DNA of 38,679 nucleotides from a virus (IMGVR_UViG_3300030207_000331:1-38679), one strand, 5' to 3'. Positions 1-7,010 are shown, counted from the first letter of the stretch. Notes: generated by a model not told the origin, from the letters alone. Numbers and translations are program-made.

Positions 1-2
1 AT

Positions 3-149
3 GCTAATGCTTTGGATTATCTGAAGAAATTAGCAACTGTAGAATTTTCTATATTCTTTGTTAGAAAGATTGTTGGATTAAGAAGCGAACTTAAAGATTG
101 CGATACTTATTCTAAATTCAAGATTGATAACCAAGACTTAGAAATTTAG
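3..149 (+). CDS. C-terminal fragment of probable AAA+ (MoxR-like) ATPase, truncated by window start
   Basis: Open frame ANALDYLKKLATVEFSIFFVRKIVGLRSELKDCDTYSKFKIDNQDLEI* ends at TAG 147-149. It resembles the C-terminal lid of phage AAA ATPases that accompany VWA/peptidase genes; the call is largely from context. Confidence 0.55.
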   Translation, partial: ANALDYLKKLATVEFSIFFVRKIVGLRSELKDCDTYSKFKIDNQDLEI

Positions 150-170
150 ATTACCACCTAGGGGGGAATT

Positions 171-203
171 AGGAATATTTATTATTAACTAGTAAATATT
201 CCT
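171..203 (+). other. Long hairpin upstream of hammerhead 1
   Basis: AGGAATATTTATTA (171-184) pairs with TAGTAAATATTCCT (190-203): 14 bp with one G-U. Confidence 0.7.
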
Positions 204-213
204 TTTCTGCCCA

Positions 214-268
214 TTCTGATATTGAGATGTGTATCTCAACTGATGACTAGAAAACTATGAAATCAGAA
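214..268 (+). ncRNA. Type III hammerhead ribozyme 1 (predicted cleavage after A221, AUA triplet)
   Basis: Stem III TTCTGAT/ATCAGAA; stem I TTGAGAT-GTGT-ATCTCAA; core CTGATGA 240-246; stem II (C)TAG-AAAA-CTA(T); core GAAA 259-262. Confidence 0.85.
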
Positions 269-294
269 CTCATTTTATTTTTTTGGAGAAAAAT

Positions 295-1260
295 ATGAAT
301 AACGAAAATGTAAATACTTTATCTGAAAATGCTACTTTGGTGCGTTTGAATACCAAACATCCAAGTGGAGTTAAATCAGATAAGGATTTAAAAGAAGGTC
401 TAGCGATAGATCAATCTGCAATGAGTGAATCTTTGCACGTTGCTAAATACATCTTTGGAAAAGAGACTAATAAATACTTTAGAAGAATTATTAATCAATT
501 CAGAAACAATGTTTATTATCCTTTGACTGTTCCATGGGATGACAATACTAGCGACTACGAAGGCAAGGTCTTGAGTGGGTGGCGTTTATGCCCTAACCAA
601 GAACTTGATACTCTTATGGATAAAGTTAACGAAGCTAAGAGTGATTTTGAGAAAGAAGTAAAAAACTTTCTTGATAATTACGACAACTTGATTGATGCGA
701 ACAGGCATAAATTAGGTCAAGCTTTTAAGCTATCTGACTATCCAACTAAAGAAGTCATTGAGACTAAATTCAGATTTGATTTTGAGTTAGGACAAGTGCC
801 AACTATTAGTAAAAGTGATGTGCGATTAAATGTATCAGAATCACTTAGAAAGAAGATTGAGCAAGATGCAATTAAGAGAGCTAACAAGAATGTAGAAGCT
901 ATTACTAGAACTACAGTAGAAACTCTTTTGGAATCCGTTGATCACCTAGCAGAAAAGTTAAAGTCTTATGATCCTAACAATAAGCAAGGTGGTGGATTCT
1001 TTAAGAACTCTAGTTTTAATAAGCTTAGACAATTTCTTGATACGCTACCATCTATCAATAATGATATTTTGGGTAATGACAAACTGATTGCTGATGCTCA
1101 TCAAAAATTAGTTAGCGTGTTTGCTTCTATTAATGATGTAGATTCTTTGAGAGAAGATGATGATTATTCTGCTAAGAAACGAAAACAAATAGCAGATGAT
1201 CTTGAAAATTCTGTTGATGAATTGAAGGGTGGATTCTTAGACAATATGTATAAGAAGTAA
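295..1260 (+). CDS. DUF3150-like protein
   Basis: ATG at 295 follows GGAG at 285-288. Helical protein with YYPLTVPW, FLDNYDNLI and DYPTKEVIETKFRFDF motifs typical of this phage/ICE family. Confidence 0.65.
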   Translation: MNNENVNTLSENATLVRLNTKHPSGVKSDKDLKEGLAIDQSAMSESLHVAKYIFGKETNKYFRRIINQFRNNVYYPLTVPWDDNTSDYEGKVLSGWRLCPNQELDTLMDKVNEAKSDFEKEVKNFLDNYDNLIDANRHKLGQAFKLSDYPTKEVIETKFRFDFELGQVPTISKSDVRLNVSESLRKKIEQDAIKRANKNVEAITRTTVETLLESVDHLAEKLKSYDPNNKQGGGFFKNSSFNKLRQFLDTLPSINNDILGNDKLIADAHQKLVSVFASINDVDSLREDDDYSAKKRKQIADDLENSVDELKGGFLDNMYKK

Positions 1261-1267
1261 GCCAATA

Positions 1268-1316
1268 AAGGGTGGAGAAAATATATTATTTACCAGTAAA
1301 TATTCTTTCCATCCTT
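1268..1316 (+). other. Long hairpin upstream of hammerhead 2
   Basis: AAGGGTGGAGAAAATATATTATT / AGTAAATATTCTTTCCATCCTT forms a ~21 bp imperfect stem. Confidence 0.7.
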
Positions 1317-1367
1317 CTGTCTTTGGATGTGTATCCAAACTGATGAGATCAAAAGATCGAAACAGAA
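1315..1367 (+). ncRNA. Type III hammerhead ribozyme 2 (predicted cleavage after C1321, GUC triplet)
   Basis: Canonical fold: TTCTGT-C-TTTGGAT-GTGT-ATCCAAA-CTGATGA-GATC-AAAA-GATC-GAA-ACAGAA. All three stems pair perfectly. Confidence 0.95.
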
Positions 1368-1396
1368 ACTCATAAAAAATCTTTGGAGGGATTATT

Positions 1397-2698
1397 ATGA
1401 ATAGTGAAAAACGAATAATTAAAGCTAGATCGAAACTAATGAAAGGTAATGTAGGTATGGCAACTATGCTATTAAAACTCACCTTAATTAGAGAAGATGA
1501 AAAGTGTCAAACAATGGCTACTGATGGCGTTAATATTTATTGGAATGATGAATTTGTTAAATCAATAACAGATGAGGAAATTCAAGCAGTATTAATTCAC
1601 GAAGCTAGTCACGTTATTTGGGAACATCCTTTGCGTAAGGGTAAGCGAGATCACCAACTTTGGAACATAGCAACAGACTATGTAATCAATGGGTGGTTAA
1701 AGTATGACTTGCATATGGAACTTCCTGAAGATGGTCTGCTTGATCGCAAGTATCATGGGATGTCTGCTGAAGCAGTTTATAGAACTCTTAGCAACGATGA
1801 TGAAGCTTTAGATGAAGCAATAGATCAGATTAATGACAATGCCAACGATGGTGATGCAGATCAATCTGCTGAAGATGGTGAGACAAGCAATAGCAACGAA
1901 GGTCAAACTCTTGCTGAGAAACTTGCTGACTTACCTCAATTAAGTGGTGAGGTTTGGGTGCCAACTAATGAAGATGGCAAAGAATTATCACCTAATGAAA
2001 TGGCTGAACTACAAGAAGAATTGCAACGAACAATAATGATGGCTGATAAGCTTGAAGGTATTGGAGACGATGCAGAAAGTAGTTTGGGTAAAGCAGTCAA
2101 GCAGATGAATAGATCATGCGTTGATTGGGTTGATGTGATGCGAGACTTCTTACAGTCTGCTATGTCAAAAAATCCTACATGGTCAAGACTTAACAAACGT
2201 CACTCATGGCGTGGTGTTAATTTACCTAGCAACGATAAAGAGCCACATGGAGGTGAGATTGTTGTTGCAATTGATACAAGTGGGAGTGTGACACAAGAAG
2301 AACTTAATATTTTTGCTACTGAAACACAGAACTTAGCTGAAGAATGTGGAGTAGATAAAGTTAGAGTTTGTTATTGCGATACTAGAGTTCATAAAAATTC
2401 ACATGGTGAGTGGTGGGATGAATACGACTTAGAATGTGAAGAACTTGAATTTCATCTTCGTGGTGGTGGTGGTACTGACTTCAATCCACCTTTCAACTTA
2501 TTCAACGACTATACAGATAATACAGATGATGTCCTTGCATTTATCTATTTTACTGATGGAGGTGGATATGTTGATAAGGAGGTTGAGCCAAATGTCCCTG
2601 TTATATGGGCATTAACCACAACTTACTATCAAGACTACTATAACGATATGACTTTTCCTTTTGGAGAAGAAGTAGTTATAGATATGTCTAGTATTTAA
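1397..2698 (+). CDS. HEXXH metallopeptidase + VWA domain protein (DUF2201-like)
   Basis: TMATDG, HEASH zinc motif, WNIATDYVIN, acidic linker, MIDAS DTSGS, GGGGTDF, YFTDG; RBS GGAGG. Confidence 0.88.
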   Translation: MNSEKRIIKARSKLMKGNVGMATMLLKLTLIREDEKCQTMATDGVNIYWNDEFVKSITDEEIQAVLIHEASHVIWEHPLRKGKRDHQLWNIATDYVINGWLKYDLHMELPEDGLLDRKYHGMSAEAVYRTLSNDDEALDEAIDQINDNANDGDADQSAEDGETSNSNEGQTLAEKLADLPQLSGEVWVPTNEDGKELSPNEMAELQEELQRTIMMADKLEGIGDDAESSLGKAVKQMNRSCVDWVDVMRDFLQSAMSKNPTWSRLNKRHSWRGVNLPSNDKEPHGGEIVVAIDTSGSVTQEELNIFATETQNLAEECGVDKVRVCYCDTRVHKNSHGEWWDEYDLECEELEFHLRGGGGTDFNPPFNLFNDYTDNTDDVLAFIYFTDGGGYVDKEVEPNVPVIWALTTTYYQDYYNDMTFPFGEEVVIDMSSI

Positions 2699-2702
2699 TT
2701 AT

Positions 2703-2772
2703 CTAATGCGTTCTAAGGGTAGGCAATTTTGGGGTATCTTATGCCCTTGCCTACTCTTAGAAAATGCGTTAG
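2703..2772 (+). other. Long hairpin upstream of hammerhead 3
   Basis: CTAATGCG-TTCTAAGGGTAGGCAA...TTGCCTACTCTTAGAA-AA-TGCGTTAG forms a ~30 bp imperfect stem. Confidence 0.75.
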
Positions 2773-2800
2773 GCGTGATCTGGTGAAGTCATTTTTGCCA

Positions 2801-2859
2801 AAACTGTATAGGAAATGCGTATTTCCTACTGATGATCGCCAAAAGGCGTGAAACAGTTT
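2801..2859 (+). ncRNA. Type III hammerhead ribozyme 3 (predicted cleavage after A2808, GUA triplet)
   Basis: AAACTGT-A-TAGGAAAT-GCGT-ATTTCCTA-CTGATGA-(T)CGCC-AAAA-GGCG(T)-GAA-ACAGTTT. Confidence 0.88.
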
Positions 2860-2895
2860 AATAACTCTTATTAATGCTTTGGAGGGCAAAATATT

Positions 2896-3141
2896 ATGAG
2901 TAAATTTAAAAAAGAATATGTTTACAAAGTAAGCGAACATTGTATTGATGTTAGATACTTTGAGATAGTTTCTGATAAAAAACTTTCACATAACGAAGTG
3001 ATAGATGCTATATGTTTACCTGATATTTCAAAAGAGGGAGACGCAAAAAAAGAAGGTGGAATTACATCAACTTTTATGTGGACTGACTTTGGAGAAACAA
3101 CAGATGTAAAAATCTTGGGAGAACTTAAAGATGACGAATAG
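2896..3141 (+). CDS. Hypothetical phage protein
   Basis: 81 aa ORF with a GGAGG RBS directly downstream of hammerhead 3. Confidence 0.7.
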   Translation: MSKFKKEYVYKVSEHCIDVRYFEIVSDKKLSHNEVIDAICLPDISKEGDAKKEGGITSTFMWTDFGETTDVKILGELKDDE

Positions 3142-3397
3142 ACAATTGTTAGAATTTACTTTGAAAGTAAACATAGGAACTTGCAACGAAATCTATACAA
3201 AGATTGATAGGCGACTAGAGGAAAGATCAGATATTGATTTGGCTCTAGTTAAATATTTCAATACTTTGGTCACGATTAATCACAAAGTACAAGATGTTTT
3301 ATATAAGCAAAGGGCAGATATGGATTTGCCCTTTCCTAAACATCTAGGATTTAATGAGAATGGTGATATTGTAGAGGTTGAAGTGCAAGAATTATAA
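3131..3397 (+). CDS. Hypothetical phage protein
   Basis: 88 aa ORF with GGAG RBS; overlaps the upstream stop and ends before a terminator. Confidence 0.7.
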   Translation: MTNRQLLEFTLKVNIGTCNEIYTKIDRRLEERSDIDLALVKYFNTLVTINHKVQDVLYKQRADMDLPFPKHLGFNENGDIVEVEVQEL

Positions 3398-3404
3398 ACA
3401 AATT

Positions 3405-3449
3405 AAGGCGTGATGCTACTGTAAAAGGTGGTGTCACGCCTTTTTTTTT
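3405..3449 (+). terminator. Rho-independent terminator of the ribozyme operon
   Basis: AAGGCGTGATGCTACT-loop-GGTGGTGTCACGCC followed by T9. Confidence 0.85.
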
Positions 3450-3574
3450 GGTCTAAAAAAAGCCAACAAGCTCATCAGATTCCGATCCAATGAAAAAATA
3501 TTTACTAGTCTATTGTTTTTCCTGAGAAAAAATCTACCAGTCCAAAATAGAAAAATATTTACTGGTTTTTTCGG

Positions 3575-3606
3575 TGTGGATGAATCTGTGGATAACTTGT
3601 AGATAA
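3575..3606. promoter_or_regulatory. Three tandem DnaA-box-like sites
   Basis: TGTGGATGA (3575), perfect TGTGGATAA (3587) and TGTAGATAA (3598), same orientation, 11-12 bp periodicity. Confidence 0.55.
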
Positions 3607-3609
3607 GTC

Positions 3610-3638
3610 TTGCAATCTGCAATCAGTTATATTATATT
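3610..3638 (+). promoter_or_regulatory. sigma70-like promoter for candidate sRNA
   Basis: TTGCAA-17 bp-TATATT. Confidence 0.55.
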
Positions 3639-3644
3639 GATAAT

Positions 3645-3743
3645 CAAGATTTGATTTCTGTCTTATTGGCAAAATTCATTTTTATATTACCTCCAAAAAC
3701 TATGTGAGTTTTAGGGACAATCGCAAGGTTGTCCCTTTTTTTT
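3645..3743 (+). ncRNA. Candidate ~100 nt sRNA with anti-SD/anti-AUG seed
   Basis: Bounded by a promoter and an intrinsic terminator, with no convincing sense ORF. Contains ATTCATTTTTATATTACCTCCAAAAA. Confidence 0.55.
3713..3743 (+). terminator. Rho-independent terminator
   Basis: AGGGACAATC-GCAA-GGTTGTCCCT (GNRA loop) followed by a T run. Confidence 0.85.
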
Positions 3744-3764
3744 GATAGTTTATAGATAGTCTGT

Positions 3765-3780
3765 TGTTCCACATGGAACA
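3765..3780. promoter_or_regulatory. parS-like palindrome
   Basis: TGTTCCACATGGAACA, 15/16 match to the chromosomal parS variant TGTTCCACGTGGAACA. Confidence 0.6.
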
Positions 3781-3784
3781 ATGT

Positions 3785-3815
3785 ATTTCACTTTGATAGC
3801 ATTTTGCATTACAAT
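3785..3815 (+). promoter_or_regulatory. Promoter/operator, copy 1 of a 31-bp repeat
   Basis: TTCACT-17 bp-TACAAT, ending 7 nt before ATG 3823; 27/31 identical to 37013-37043 (- strand). Confidence 0.6.
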
Positions 3816-3822
3816 ATCATCC

Positions 3823-4140
3823 ATGTACGCTGTAATTAGACACACATATAAACTAGATATACCTGAGCCAAACAATGTTTATTCAACAAAGTCTAGTGCT
3901 AAGTGGGTGCATTTAGTTTGGTTGTTTGAAACTGAACTAGATGCTATTGCTTTTGCTATATCTTTGTTAGATGATCCTTTGATTATGTCAAATAAATGGC
4001 TGATTGAGGGTGCCATAAAACAATTAGAGGAAGATAGGTTTTATCAAGTTGGTAGAGAAAGTGTAGCTATTGCAGAAGTGCAAGATAGTCCAAACATATT
4101 TTATACAGGAGAAAAGGAAGATGAAAAGTCTATTCATTAG
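3823..4140 (+). CDS. Hypothetical protein (probably leaderless)
   Basis: ORF track starts at 3781, but ATG 3823 coincides with the predicted +1 and has no SD. Confidence 0.65.
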   Translation: MYAVIRHTYKLDIPEPNNVYSTKSSAKWVHLVWLFETELDAIAFAISLLDDPLIMSNKWLIEGAIKQLEEDRFYQVGRESVAIAEVQDSPNIFYTGEKEDEKSIH

Positions 4141-4384
4141 ATGCTCAGAAGAAACCTATGAATTGGCACACTCTTTGGCTAAGAAGGAAAATCGCTCATT
4201 GAATAAGCAGATTATCCATATGATACATAGCGAAGCTGATAACAAAAACATATCTATAGAAGAAGATCAAGCTGAACAGGATGGTAAAGCTATCTATAGT
4301 GGTGCTATCACTAGCGAAAACTATGAATCTAAACTTGGTTTGCGAGGGATTGCTGAAACAAAGAAACAGGATTCTTATGATTAA
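4121..4384 (+). CDS. Arc/CopG-like ribbon-helix-helix transcriptional regulator
   Basis: MKSLFIRCSEETYELAHSLAKKENRSLNKQIIHMI fits the beta-strand plus A..ENRSLN..I Arc signature; purine-rich RBS before ATG 4121. Confidence 0.8.
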   Translation: MKSLFIRCSEETYELAHSLAKKENRSLNKQIIHMIHSEADNKNISIEEDQAEQDGKAIYSGAITSENYESKLGLRGIAETKKQDSYD

Positions 4385-4859
4385 GATACCAAAAAGTTAG
4401 TAGTGCATTAGAACATTCTTGCATTACTAACTCTTTTGTTTCATCTATCTTCTTTGGATTGTTCACCATAATACTCCAAAACTCTTTCTCTTTGGTATGT
4501 CCACACTCCCTTACAATTTTCTTTTGCACCTTTGATAGCATGACTGCCCTTGGAACAGGCTTGATAGAACTATGACTGGTAAATATTCTTTCTGCAGCAG
4601 GTGAGCTTTTCCCCAATGCACCACTTCTAACTATGATTTCAAGATACTTATTGCAAACATTATGCTGTTGTGCGTTTATCTTATTCTCTATAAATGATTT
4701 GTCTATGATGTGTTGGTCAAAAACAATGGCTCTACCCACCTTGCTTTTACCTATTCTTGTAATAGCGACTGAGTTTCTATGATGTAGATAAGGACTTCCT
4801 ATATCATTGACTTGCAATTCGTTAGAACTCCCAATCAAAGTTATCTTCGACTTCTTCAA
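4329..4859 (-). CDS. Hypothetical phage protein downstream of primase-helicase
   Basis: 176 aa ORF overlapping the 3' end of the primase-helicase gene. Confidence 0.65.
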   Translation of the reverse strand: MKKSKITLIGSSNELQVNDIGSPYLHHRNSVAITRIGKSKVGRAIVFDQHIIDKSFIENKINAQQHNVCNKYLEIIVRSGALGKSSPAAERIFTSHSSIKPVPRAVMLSKVQKKIVRECGHTKEKEFWSIMVNNPKKIDETKELVMQECSNALLTFWYLNHKNPVSLFQQSLANQV

Positions 4860-6591
4860 TTTCTGCGTACCTTCCGTTAACAGGATTGAAGGTCATATTA
4901 ACACTTCCTAACTTACCTTGCCAACCCCAACGAGCCTTCCAATTGTGTATTTCTACGCCATCGTCACCTCTATAGACTGTTAAACCTGTGTCTGCTTTAC
5001 TAAACCACGCATAAGATTTAGCTACATCAACACCTGTGCATACATTTTTCTTGCCATCTCTAATGAAAGGTTTAGTTGGATGTGCCACAAAGAATACCAA
5101 TATATCGTGTTGTTTAGCGAACAGTTGGACTTTTGTTAGCATTTCACTAACCATATCAGTCTCTAATCCTGTATGTTCAGTATGTATAAAGTTAAATGGA
5201 TCAATAACTAATACTCTCACTCCATATCGCATGACTGCACTTGCACCTTTCTCTAAGATAGCTTCTATCGTAGGCAACCCACCATCTTGATAATCTTGAA
5301 ACAGTATATGTTCTCTTATCCATGTCTCAGCAAAGTCTTTTTCTTCTTGTGTCATTCTAGTATTCTGACCCTCAAAGAATGGCTTACCTGTAAGGATTTG
5401 AGATAGCTGAACTGCATGAAGTTGAACTGGTTTTTCAAACGAACAAAAACAAGTTTTCCAACCATGATTCCTTGCTACATTGACCACAAGTTGATCTATA
5501 AATGCTGACTTGCCATCTCCTGCATGACCTGTAGTAACAACAAGATTGCCCGTAGATAAAGTAAATATCTCATCAACACTTGCAAACCCTGTTGATACAC
5601 CACTTGGCATACCTTTTTCATACAAGCTTTGGAACTCATCTGCGTAGTGATCTAGGTTATTTAAACCATGTAAAGGTATTGGCTGTGCGTTGATTATGGA
5701 ATCTCTTAGCTTTTCTGCACCATACTTAATCAGCACATCATTTGCATCCTTGCAATCAAAGTTATCAACCCTATAACATCTAGCTTTGTTAAGTCTCCTT
5801 GACAATTCATCAGCTAATATGTTGCCATTTTCATCTGAATCTGTGCATAGAATTATCTTTTCTACACCCTCAAACTTATCCCTTTCATTCCATACATACT
5901 TAAACCTTCCATCTTCGCTTGGATCAATCTTGTTATCTGTGATCTTGTTTGGTGCACCATTGGGAACTGAATAACAATCTACATTCATTACGCCTTCAAA
6001 AGCAGTCTTGATCGCAAGTGTGTCCATTTCTCCTTCTGTTATAACTATTGTGCTTTCTAATGTTGGCAATTTGCTATCATATACCTGTTGACCCCAAAGC
6101 TTTTGTGCGTTCCCATCCCACCAAAAACTCTTGCTTCCATTGGCACTCCTATACTTGACTGCTTCTACCTCATCACCCTGCATGAAAGAAAAACCAATGA
6201 CTGGTTTATTATTTTTTTGCGTCTGGATGACACCCGCTGTATTTGAGGCTGTGATGCTTATACCTCTAGCTTCTAACCATTTACTAGCTTCACCACCCTC
6301 TATCTTCTTTGGCATTTCTACTGGTTTCTTTTCTTCTTTTTTTATTGGTTTCATTTTTATCTCCTCTCTTATTGGCACAAGTCCGTTAGTTCCACAATGA
6401 TGACAATGATATACAACCTTTTCATCATCAATATTTACTGATAAAGGCGTGTCATGTTTGTTCTTTGTTCGCTCTCTTTGACATTGAAAGCAAGTTATTT
6501 TGTGTTGCCCAATCCTCATACCACTTGTTCTTGATTGGCTGTTGATATGATTTAATATATCTCTTTTATCCATTTCGCTATTGACATACAT
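4822..6591 (-). CDS. Twinkle/T7 gp4-like DNA primase-helicase
   Basis: Zn finger CFQC...CHHC; TOPRIM ITEGEMD, SVPNGA, DSDENG, KDAND; SF4 helicase GHAGDGKS, SFE, VIDPFN, VAHPTK; RBS GGAGG. Confidence 0.93.
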   Translation of the reverse strand: MYVNSEMDKRDILNHINSQSRTSGMRIGQHKITCFQCQRERTKNKHDTPLSVNIDDEKVVYHCHHCGTNGLVPIREEIKMKPIKKEEKKPVEMPKKIEGGEASKWLEARGISITASNTAGVIQTQKNNKPVIGFSFMQGDEVEAVKYRSANGSKSFWWDGNAQKLWGQQVYDSKLPTLESTIVITEGEMDTLAIKTAFEGVMNVDCYSVPNGAPNKITDNKIDPSEDGRFKYVWNERDKFEGVEKIILCTDSDENGNILADELSRRLNKARCYRVDNFDCKDANDVLIKYGAEKLRDSIINAQPIPLHGLNNLDHYADEFQSLYEKGMPSGVSTGFASVDEIFTLSTGNLVVTTGHAGDGKSAFIDQLVVNVARNHGWKTCFCSFEKPVQLHAVQLSQILTGKPFFEGQNTRMTQEEKDFAETWIREHILFQDYQDGGLPTIEAILEKGASAVMRYGVRVLVIDPFNFIHTEHTGLETDMVSEMLTKVQLFAKQHDILVFFVAHPTKPFIRDGKKNVCTGVDVAKSYAWFSKADTGLTVYRGDDGVEIHNWKARWGWQGKLGSVNMTFNPVNGRYAEIEEVEDNFDWEF

Positions 6592-6600
6592 AAAACCTCC

Positions 6601-6673
6601 TATAGTATGTATATACTTACTATGTAGTTAATACTACTTAATATTAAATATAGTAAGTATCTACTTACTATAC
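6601..6673. repeat. Very AT-rich tract with direct/inverted TACTTACTA repeats (candidate origin)
   Basis: TACTTACTAT at 6614 and 6662, inverted TAGTAAGTA at 6651; lies immediately upstream of the primase-helicase gene. Confidence 0.4.
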
Positions 6674-6945
6674 AAACCAAAATACCCATCAACCATTCTG
6701 CAGACATCTTCTGCTAGTCTTTTCTTTGATAACATGGGATAGGTATTTAATTCCTTAATTGCTTCTACAATGCCATCAGATTCAATGTCATTACGATTAC
6801 ACAAATTAGAAAAATCATCAGATAAGAAGTATAATAAAGCTTCTTCAGATAGTTTTGGATGCTTACTAACAACATCTCTTACTGCTTGTTTGACCACTAG
6901 ACCATCTAAAGTTTTCTGATCTGAATTTAGGTCAATCTGATTCAT
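6661..6945 (-). CDS. Hypothetical phage protein (probably leaderless)
   Basis: Likely start MNQIDL at 6945, 7 nt after the -10 box TAATAT. Confidence 0.6.
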   Translation of the reverse strand: MNQIDLNSDQKTLDGLVVKQAVRDVVSKHPKLSEEALLYFLSDDFSNLCNRNDIESDGIVEAIKELNTYPMLSKKRLAEDVCRMVDGYFGLYSK

Positions 6946-6952
6946 GTAAAAT

Positions 6953-6996
6953 ATATTACAATAAACTATTGACATTATCAACACATCATTTAAACT
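6953..6996. promoter_or_regulatory. Overlapping divergent sigma70 promoters
   Basis: Rightward TTGACA(6969)-16-TAAACT(6991); leftward TTGATA-17-TAATAT. Confidence 0.65.
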
Positions 6997-7010
6997 TATC
7001 AATGACATCA

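Noticed and set aside
150-2900. Hammerheads as part of a retroelement or retrozyme insertion
   Set aside because: No reverse transcriptase, LTR-like long repeats or target-site duplications in the window, and the copies are diverged in their stems.
3455-3495. CTGATGAG on the - strand (3471-3478) as a fourth hammerhead
   Set aside because: No GAAA after a stem II, and no stem I/III pairing.
1237-3622. Minus-strand ORFs 1237-1482, 1936-2196, 2713-2940 and 3434-3622
   Set aside because: They are antisense to real genes or span structured RNA/regulatory DNA, with no RBS or protein-like motifs.
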